Source of the DNA: an uncultured Methanosarcinaceae archaeon
Lineage (GTDB): Archaea; Halobacteriota; Methanosarcinia; Methanosarcinales; Methanosarcinaceae
DNA: 35,939 nt
Assembly (NCBI GenBank): GCA_963721455.1
Contig: CAVRJG010000016.1
Span: 1-35,939 of the forward strand
Direction: 5' to 3'
Positions 29,153 to 35,939 of the stretch are shown piece after piece. Position 1 is the first letter of the stretch. The number at the start of each line of letters is the position of its first letter. The notes under the pieces are model-generated. The model did no database searches, was not told where the DNA came from, and worked only from the letters and a program-made list of their open reading frames with translations. Made by a program: the position numbers and the translations under genes.

Positions 29153-29437
29153 TTATTCAAGGTACTGGCGGTCAATATAGCAGTACTTCCAGTCCTCACC
29201 AGGCTGGAAAGATTGAATTACCGGATGCCCGGTCTCTTCAAAGTGCTTTGTTGCATGCTTGTTTTTTGACTGGTCGCAGCAGCCCACATGCCCGCAGGCC
29301 AGACAGATTCTCAGGTGAACCCATCTGTCCCCGCTTTTCAGGCATTCCTCGCATCCCTTTGAACCCGGCTCTACATCTTTTATTTTTATCATATCTCTGT
29401 GTGTGCAAACCATAATTTTTCCCTTCATACCTGGCAT
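29153..29437 (-). CDS. Stand-alone UBP-type zinc-finger protein
   Basis: CEEC…WVHLRICLACGHVGCCD…HATKHF…HP…W.YCY pattern. Confidence 0.88.
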   Translation of the reverse strand: MPGMKGKIMVCTHRDMIKIKDVEPGSKGCEECLKSGDRWVHLRICLACGHVGCCDQSKNKHATKHFEETGHPVIQSFQPGEDWKYCYIDRQYLE

Positions 29438-29475
29438 TTTCGTCTGACGTTACCTTTTGTTTTTGAATGTGTAAG

Positions 29476-30312
29476 TTATGTGACTGTAACTTTGCTAAAT
29501 CTCCACCTTGCAACAAGAAACATTATTACCGCAAAAGCCAGCAGGGCCAGGAAGGAAACGAGAACTTCTCCCTGAGTATAAGTATAGTGGATCCCGATTG
29601 ACGAAAAATCGCTCCCTATTGCAAAATACCTGATCCCGCTGACAAGATGCGTTAGTGGATTGATTGTGGACAGAGCCCGGAGCACAGGAGGAAAGGAGTT
29701 CGAAGGGTAAAGTGCGTTGCTCGTGAAAAAGAAAGGCATGGTAAGCAGGGTTATTACTGCCTGCATCCCTTCCGGGCTTTCCATGGTAATTGCAATTGCG
29801 GCTGAAAGGAAAAGAAACCCGAGAGAAAAAGCCCCTATAAAAAGCATAATTCCGAGCAGTGAGACCAGAATCCGTGCAGGGGTATAACCCTCAAAAAACC
29901 GGACTCCCAGCAGAAGCCCGAAAACCATGATAACAGCTGCCTGGATAAAGGACTTGGTCATGCCTGAAAGTCCGATCCCTACAATTATATGGATTCTTGG
30001 CAGAGGGCTTGAAAGGGTCTCCCGCATAAGCCCCCAGTTTTTGTCAAAAAGCAGCACTGTTCCCCCGAAAAGGCTCGTAAAAAGCGTGGTCATTGCAATG
30101 ACGCCTGCACCTATGAAGGTCAGGTAACCGACAGCTCTTATACCTGGAGTCGGCGGCAGGGTTGAGGTCAGCCTATCAAAGTTGTTTGACATTGCAATTC
30201 CGAAAAAAGCCAGCCAGAGGGCAGGCTGGACAAGTGAAGCAAACAGGAGAGTCCGGAACCGGACAAACCTCAACATGTCCCGCCAGTAGATAGTAAGAAA
30301 ACCCGTGTGCAT
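29476..30312 (-). CDS. ABC-2 type exporter permease (DrrB-like)
   Basis: Multiple TM segments, QPALWL, FFFTSNALYP and INPLTHLV; follows the ABC ATPase. Confidence 0.92.
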   Translation of the reverse strand: MHTGFLTIYWRDMLRFVRFRTLLFASLVQPALWLAFFGIAMSNNFDRLTSTLPPTPGIRAVGYLTFIGAGVIAMTTLFTSLFGGTVLLFDKNWGLMRETLSSPLPRIHIIVGIGLSGMTKSFIQAAVIMVFGLLLGVRFFEGYTPARILVSLLGIMLFIGAFSLGFLFLSAAIAITMESPEGMQAVITLLTMPFFFTSNALYPSNSFPPVLRALSTINPLTHLVSGIRYFAIGSDFSSIGIHYTYTQGEVLVSFLALLAFAVIMFLVARWRFSKVTVT

Positions 30313-30315
30313 TTC

Positions 30316-31380
30316 TTAACGCCCCCCTGCCTTCAAGGATACCACCGAACCCTTTTCTGTCCCACTGTCCCTCAGCTCCCTTCCTGTGTAATGGACAAAA
30401 ACATCATCCATTGACGGTTTTTTGAGGTTTACGGCCCTGATCTTGATCCCTCCGCTTCGAAGTTTATCCATCATCTCAGGCAGCAGGTAGGTACCGTCCA
30501 CATTGACCATGACGATTATCCCTTTTGATTTTTCCCTGGTCCCTTTTACACTTTCGAGGCTCTCCAGCAGCTCCGAAGCTGCCCGGTTGTCGCTGGTTTC
30601 CAGGTATATGATGTCCTCGCCAAGCGCGTTTTTTAACTCCCAGGACTTACCTGTGACAATGATCTTTCCGTGATCTATAATGCTTATATTGTCGCTGAAC
30701 TGGTCGGCTTCGTCCATATAATGGGTTGTCAGGAAAATGGTTGTACCCTGCCGGTTTATATCCCTCACATAATCCCAGATCCTTATCCTTGTCTGGGGGT
30801 CAAGCCCGATTGTAGGCTCGTCCATGAAAAGCACTTTCGGCCGGGTCATAAGTCCCCGCGCGATCTCGAGCCTGCGCTTCATCCCGCCGCTGAGATGCCT
30901 TGTCAGGGTATTCCTTTTTCCTTCGAGCTCAACAAGGTCAAGCAGCTCATCAATCCGTTCCTGCCTTGCAGCTTTTGGCATGGAATAGAGCCTTCCGTGA
31001 TATTCCAGAATCTCCCTTACAGTCATGTCCCTGTCAAGGGTCAGTTCCTGAAAAACAATCCCTATGGACTCCCTGACCATCTCAGGTTCTTTTCTCAAAT
31101 CATAGCCTGCAATCTTTACGCTCCCCTTCTGCATGGGCAGGAGAGTAGTAAGAATATTGATTACAGTACTCTTTCCAGCTCCGTTTGGCCCGAGAAAAGA
31201 GAAGATCTCCCCTTTCCTGACTGTGAAACTGATATTATCGACTGCTTTTACCTCGCCGAAAAAATATTCAAGGCTATTTACCTCTATTATATTGTCTTCC
31301 AGAGCGAGTACCCCATCTACCTTTTCCCATAAGGAAATTGAACCTTCAATGATAAATAAGTATTTTTGCTGCCGTGGCAC
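30316..31380 (-). CDS. ABC exporter ATP-binding subunit (DrrA-like); true start probably near 31302
   Basis: GPNGAGKS, LSGGMKRR, MDEPT and TTHYM motifs. Confidence 0.93.
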   Translation of the reverse strand: MPRQQKYLFIIEGSISLWEKVDGVLALEDNIIEVNSLEYFFGEVKAVDNISFTVRKGEIFSFLGPNGAGKSTVINILTTLLPMQKGSVKIAGYDLRKEPEMVRESIGIVFQELTLDRDMTVREILEYHGRLYSMPKAARQERIDELLDLVELEGKRNTLTRHLSGGMKRRLEIARGLMTRPKVLFMDEPTIGLDPQTRIRIWDYVRDINRQGTTIFLTTHYMDEADQFSDNISIIDHGKIIVTGKSWELKNALGEDIIYLETSDNRAASELLESLESVKGTREKSKGIIVMVNVDGTYLLPEMMDKLRSGGIKIRAVNLKKPSMDDVFVHYTGRELRDSGTEKGSVVSLKAGGR

Positions 31381-31772
31381 TCTCTACTTATTTTTCTGAA
31401 TAAACAGGAATCTGCAGTTCTGCAGCGTTATTTTTTAAAAAATTCATGCAGGGATGGTCGAGAATTATTCTTTCTCTGATCTTCTCATGGGTGCTTCAGT
31501 TTGGAAATCCCAGACCAGATAATAAAATCGGTTAATACCGTTTATTCCGGAATGCTCTTTTCAGTGAGGATGAGTTGTTGATCAAATTGGAAAAACGGAC
31601 ACACTCACCTCTTTGTGATGAATTTACAGATCACCCTTTTGCTTACGGTTTTTCGGTCACTGAACCCTATGAACCGGAATTGAAAAGGTAAAAAATAAAA
31701 AAGAAGCAAAAGTAGTGAAAAGTCATCTATAGCTTCTTTCTCGACTCTAGCGCCGCTTCTGTTATTTTCCCT

Positions 31773-32339
31773 TTACTTCGGCGGGATTAACACTTTATCT
31801 ATTTGATGAATTACTCCATTGTCGGTCAGGATGTCTGCTTTTGTTATGTTTGCACCCCCAACCTGTATGCCTTCAACCGTCTCATTTACAGGAAGGTTTT
31901 CTCCTTCAAGTGTCTGGATGTTTGTCAGATTTACTATATCTTTTTCCATCAGTAGTTTATCAGAAACATGGTAAGTTAAGACTTTTTTTAGTTCCTGAGT
32001 ATTGTTCCTGAGTGCAGGAACCGTACCTTCCGGAAGTTCGGCAAAGGCTTTATCAGTTGGAGCAAAAACAGTATAAGGCCCACCTTCAGCTAAAGTCTTC
32101 TCAAGCCCTGCAGCATTGATAAGGTCAACAAGGATTGTGAAGTTCTTGTCAGCTAATGTTTCCATAATATTTCTGTCACTCTTCTCTACAACATTTACAA
32201 GTTCTTGAGGAACTTCCTCAGCTTCTTTTGTTGTATTCTTGCTTTCATTTTCTATTTTTTTAGTTTCATTTTCCGGTGCTTTTTGAGAACAGCCGGAAGC
32301 GAATAACATTAGTGATATAAGCATCAATGTAATAAGCAC
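31773..32339 (-). CDS. Fasciclin (FAS1) domain lipoprotein
   Basis: Lipobox FASGC, TVFAPTDKAF, LTYHV and NGVIHQIDKVLIP; start uncertain. Confidence 0.92.
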   Translation of the reverse strand: MLITLMLISLMLFASGCSQKAPENETKKIENESKNTTKEAEEVPQELVNVVEKSDRNIMETLADKNFTILVDLINAAGLEKTLAEGGPYTVFAPTDKAFAELPEGTVPALRNNTQELKKVLTYHVSDKLLMEKDIVNLTNIQTLEGENLPVNETVEGIQVGGANITKADILTDNGVIHQIDKVLIPPK

Positions 32340-32669
32340 AGCACCACAAAGTTTTATTTTCCTGATAATCTCATCCCCCTTTCATTCATAAAACATGCAT
32401 GTGAAAATATGTCCCCTATGAATAATATATATTGGTGTTTATATAATTTATCTTCTACATACTGCAACTTCACCTCAGACCTCCTCAAAAATCACTTCAT
32501 TGAATGAAAGGAAGCCCACGAGTGCAGCGCCAAATACAACCACGTATACTGGTGGCGCGTCAGTCCTCAAAGATTTAACGATTCTGAAACGGAAAGCACG
32601 GAAAGATTGTGCTCTTGCTTCCTTTTTTAGTGTTTTCCGCGCTTTCAGTGATTCTTAATCTTTGAGAAT

Positions 32670-33857
32670 CTAAACTGAGGGTGCTATCTCTTTAAAAGTG
32701 ATATATTCCTTCAAGTCCGATTTCAGAATCCTTTCAATTTCGCTCCAGCCGCTGTCCCTGGTTTCGGTAAACATGTACCCGAAAAAGCCGTATTTTTCGT
32801 GATCGACTTTCCTGAGTTCCAGGGGCTTTTCAAAGTCCGAAAGCAGTTTTTCGTAATTGAAAGCCTTTACTTCCTTCAAATTCAGATATGCGGGCCTGTT
32901 CAGAATAACAAGGCAGAAGCTCTTTCCCTCTTTATCTGCAAGAATCGTTTTCCAATCCGGTTCAAGCTGCTCCAAAAAATATCTGTAAGTGTTAATCCCA
33001 TATGCAAAATGTGCAATATCGGTTGTGCACCAGCCGGCAAAGCGCATCGGGTTCAGTTCTATCGGCTGGATTCTCCTGTCTTCCGCTATCCTCAGTTCAA
33101 TATGAAGGGGAAAATTCCTGAGCCCAACCAGCTTTCCGATTTCCTTTAAAAGGTCCTCAACGGCTTCCCTGTGTGTTTCCATCACCGTTTTCGAAGTAAA
33201 ATACACCCTGTCGCTGAGATCGTTTTCCGAAGAAAAGATGTGCTTGAAAATATTGAGGACTACCGGCTTTCCTTCACTATTGAAGTAAGCATCAACCGCA
33301 AACTCTTCCCCTTCGATATTTCCCTCAATAATGAACTTCCCTGCATCCAGGACCTGCACAGGATAAAGCCCTCTGATTTCATCGACTTCAGCCTTTATGC
33401 TCTTCAGGACCGAATCCCATTCCTCGTTGGTGGAAACTTTATGCACCCCGAGGCTGAAAAAACCGACAGCAGGCTTTATGATAAACGGTTTTTCAATCTC
33501 TTCGACCCGGATTTCGTCCAGTTGTTCAAATTCAACACCTTTGAAATATAATTCGGGATAGATCCTTTCCAGCAGCTCCCTGAACTTAATTTTGTTCTTG
33601 AAAAGCTCTATTTTCTCAGGCAGCCCTGTAAAGCCCAGATTTTCCGAAATCCAGCCAATTGAGTTTTCGGAATTGGAATAAAGAGAACATTCACCCTTTT
33701 CTTTTATTAATTCGATAAACTCGGCTTCCTCAAGAAGCCTCAGCCCTTTTTTAGTATTCAGTCCGGCTGCCATTTCATTTTTCAAAACAGGAATCTGCAA
33801 CTCTGCAGCAGTATCTTTTAAAAATTCGGAGACGTAGGGGTGATCGAGGATTATCAT
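32670..33857 (-). CDS. ATP-grasp domain protein
   Basis: KNKIKFR, PFIIKPAVGFFSLGV, IIEGNIEGEEFAVD, HIELR and IELNPMRFAG. Confidence 0.85.
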   Translation of the reverse strand: MIILDHPYVSEFLKDTAAELQIPVLKNEMAAGLNTKKGLRLLEEAEFIELIKEKGECSLYSNSENSIGWISENLGFTGLPEKIELFKNKIKFRELLERIYPELYFKGVEFEQLDEIRVEEIEKPFIIKPAVGFFSLGVHKVSTNEEWDSVLKSIKAEVDEIRGLYPVQVLDAGKFIIEGNIEGEEFAVDAYFNSEGKPVVLNIFKHIFSSENDLSDRVYFTSKTVMETHREAVEDLLKEIGKLVGLRNFPLHIELRIAEDRRIQPIELNPMRFAGWCTTDIAHFAYGINTYRYFLEQLEPDWKTILADKEGKSFCLVILNRPAYLNLKEVKAFNYEKLLSDFEKPLELRKVDHEKYGFFGYMFTETRDSGWSEIERILKSDLKEYITFKEIAPSV

Positions 33858-33948
33858 TTTTCTAACCTTTTAATATTTTCAGCCAAAAATCTGTTGGAAA
33901 AGAAATAGCTTTTACAAAACTTCATGGTTCTTAATTTTTGTCTCTTTT

Positions 33949-34701
33949 TCATTTCCTTTTTATATTAATGAAATTTAAACTGAATTCCCCATCAGGAGTA
34001 ATAAAATACTCTTTCTCCTTTTTTCTGCCTTTTACATAATCTTCACTAATGAATCCCCAGTCAAGCAGGTTTTGTACCAATGAATTAAAAGTTCCCCACT
34101 TTAACTTTCTTTTCTCTTTATTCTTCTCTCTTATGGGTACATATTCAGCGCTAAGTTCCTCGAAAAGTTTTTGCCTTGAAAGACTACTCGACTTCTGTTT
34201 TTTAAGTTTTTCCAGTATCAAAACCCGGTTTGGGTTCTCTGCGAGTCCGCTTAGATGTATTTTTGGAACGGACAGTTTCTTTGCTCTGGACTCCTGGTCA
34301 ATGTGATAAGGCACTGCTTCTATCCAAAGAGCCATCATGAAAAGTCCTATCGATAGGGTCTTCGTACCTCCTGAAACATTGAAGAAGTATTGAGCATCAG
34401 GGTCTTCGCTGTAGATTTCAAGGACGGCAATTCTTACGTCTTCGAGGGTGTCTTTTTTTATTATTTTTTCGTGTACCCCGTTTTTTACGTATGGTGCAGC
34501 AATTTTCCTGAGTTCCTCAATAGAGTGCCTGATATCGTCCCTCATTTTTTGTGTTTTTTCATCGGTTGTATCTTCGAACACTTTTTCTTCAACAATCACA
34601 TAGACTTTCGTAGCAGAACAAATCTCGTTTACAGCGACAGGAAAAGTTTTGTGTATACTTGCTCCTGCACTCATCAAGTGGATAATTTCATTTTCGGACA
34701 T
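33949..34701 (-). CDS. CARF-like Rossmann domain + winged-HTH transcriptional regulator (Csa3/DUF6293-like architecture)
   Basis: N-terminal beta strand IIHLMSAG, KVYVI and the CARF-type loop FFNVSGGTK. C-terminal wHTH RVLILEKL…SRQKLFEEL…FNSLVQNLLDWGFI…EYFITPDG. Confidence 0.75.
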   Translation of the reverse strand: MSENEIIHLMSAGASIHKTFPVAVNEICSATKVYVIVEEKVFEDTTDEKTQKMRDDIRHSIEELRKIAAPYVKNGVHEKIIKKDTLEDVRIAVLEIYSEDPDAQYFFNVSGGTKTLSIGLFMMALWIEAVPYHIDQESRAKKLSVPKIHLSGLAENPNRVLILEKLKKQKSSSLSRQKLFEELSAEYVPIREKNKEKRKLKWGTFNSLVQNLLDWGFISEDYVKGRKKEKEYFITPDGEFSLNFINIKRK

Positions 34702-34767
34702 TTCACATCATCAAAACTTTTAATAACTATTTTCTGACATATTATGCATAATTCTACACAGTTCTTG

Positions 34768-34825
34768 TATTATAAGTTTATAGATTTATCTATAAGCTTA
34801 TAGATCTATCTATAAATTTATAGAT
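34768..34825. promoter_or_regulatory. Three tandem 18-bp palindromes at 20-bp period (candidate operator array)
   Basis: tattataagtttatagat (34768-34785, imperfect), atctataagcttatagat (34788-34805, perfect) and atctataaatttatagat (34808-34825, perfect). Confidence 0.75.
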
Positions 34826-34871
34826 GAAAACTAAATAACTGCAATATTTGTTTGAGTCATACTTACATGCC

Positions 34872-35689
34872 ATGCAGCAAAACAAAGAGCATAACAAAAT
34901 AAAATCGGTGAACTGGCACATCACAACAAGCTGCAACTATAAATGCAGGTTCTGTTACGTCCAGAAGCTTGACAGGGAAATTCTTGACATAAAGGAGGCT
35001 TATTCTGTCCTTTCAAAATTGAAAGCCTTCAGAACTAATACAATTGATATTGAAAAAATCAATTTTGTTGGAGGCGAACCATTTTTGCATCCTCTTTTTT
35101 ATGAACTTTTGCAAGCTGCCCATGAAATGGGGTTCGTAGTTTCTATTGTAACAAATGGGTCAATGATTGACGAAAAAAACATCCACAAGATTGCGAAGTA
35201 TGCTGACTGGGTAGGGGTATCAGTTGACTCCGTAAGCAATCTGAAAGAAGCCCAACTGGGAAGGGGCGGGGTCATCACGTAAGCCATGCAATCGAAGTGG
35301 CCAACCTTCTCCATGAATACGGGATAAAGCTGAAAGTAAATACAACGGTAACAAAACCAATCTGTTGTGAAAATATGGAGCCCTTAATTCGGCGGCTGGC
35401 ACCTCACAGGTGGAAGGTGTTCCAGATGCTGCACATAGAGGGGCAGAACGATGATTGTGTGAGAGAACTTGCAGTTACAGACAGTGAGTTTCAGGATTTT
35501 GCTGAGAGGCATAAGCACATCTGCCTGATCGGAGGGGAAAAACCTGTTTTTGAATCAAACGAGGATATGATTGGGTCTTATTTCCTACTTTCTCCTTCGG
35601 GAAATGTAATATCAAATGAAGGAGGTTCATATCGTTTTTTAGAGCTTGAGGAGTTTCTGAAAGCACCTACAAAAACAATAAAAAATTGA
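34872..35689 (+). pseudogene. pVip: Prokaryotic viperin (radical SAM ddhNTP synthase), split by a 1-nt frameshift at ~35268-35271
   Basis: SVNWHITTSCNYKCRFCY, KINFVGGEPFL, SIVTNGS, GVSVDS and LGRG in ORF 1; KLKVNTTV, PHRWKVFQML..EGQND and ESNEDMIGSY..LSP.G in ORF 2. One extra base joins them into a 272-aa protein. Confidence 0.88.
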
Positions 35690-35836
35690 GAAGTATATGA
35701 ATAGAGGGGGTTCATACGAATGGGCTGACCAGACAACTAGAGGGAAAAAGACAGGATGAGTGGGATAAGTTGAAAGAATATACTTACATAATTAAAATGT
35801 AAGGGGCTGAGAAGGGGTCAAATTTGAGGTACAGGT

Positions 35837-35939
35837 ATGATAAAGGCAAAGCTCTTACCAGAAGAGTTTGAACGATTTTTGAGAGAACGATACTATCTCG
35901 AGGTCGAATTAAATTACGTAAATGAATTGAAATCTAGTG
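35837..35939 (+). CDS. 5' end of an unidentified gene running off the window
   Basis: gaggt RBS, then ATG 35837: MIKAKLLPEEFERFLRERYYLEVELNYVNELKSS…, open to the end of the window. Confidence 0.5.
   Translation, partial: MIKAKLLPEEFERFLRERYYLEVELNYVNELKSS

Noticed and set aside
32507-32650. gaagcccacga and cggaaagcac/gtgttttccg segments as mobile-element or ncRNA remnants
   Set aside because: The matches are too short and degenerate to define ends or a structure.
32670-33857. ATP-grasp gene as signal synthetase of the CARF/viperin module
   Set aside because: Only adjacency supports it. It has no nucleotidyltransferase or cyclase motifs, and T-rich terminator-like tracts separate it from the regulator.
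34872-35689. Radical SAM as MoaA
   Set aside because: It lacks the C-terminal CxxC-x13-C cluster and GG tail of MoaA, and has the viperin-type NWH, RWKVFQ and SY motifs.
1-35939. tRNA, rRNA or pyrrolysine (in-frame TAG) genes
   Set aside because: None was recognised by eye. The TAG ending ORF 238..831 lies after the frameshift, so it is not a Pyl codon.

Overview
AT-rich archaeal window whose gene content, surface-protein families and IS set point to a Methanosarcina-like methanogen (inference). The left ~11 kb is an unstable region. It holds a frameshifted YVTN beta-propeller gene, an IS5 remnant, a short disaggregatase-type beta-helix gene and a 6 x ~81-bp non-coding tandem array. An intact IS1182 and an IS256 sit in the same GC-rich hairpin, and there are three apparently identical 277-bp MITEs: one inside the IS256, one inside another MITE and one splitting a GNAT gene. 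The middle is mostly ordinary: DEAD-box helicase, ArsR, nicotianamine synthase-like, MerR-GyrI, M48 peptidase, CNNM/hemolysin, hydrolase, PiT/DUF47, PRT, SDRs, zf-UBP, ABC exporter, fasciclin and ATP-grasp genes, plus several pseudogenes and a secreted 31-Cys repeat protein. The most notable locus is at the right end. A CARF-like/winged-HTH regulator is transcribed divergently from a prokaryotic viperin (radical SAM, split by a 1-nt frameshift in a G run), and three tandem 18-bp palindromes at exact 20-bp spacing lie between them. This is a candidate nucleotide-signal-regulated antiviral module. All calls come from reading motifs by eye; no searches were run.
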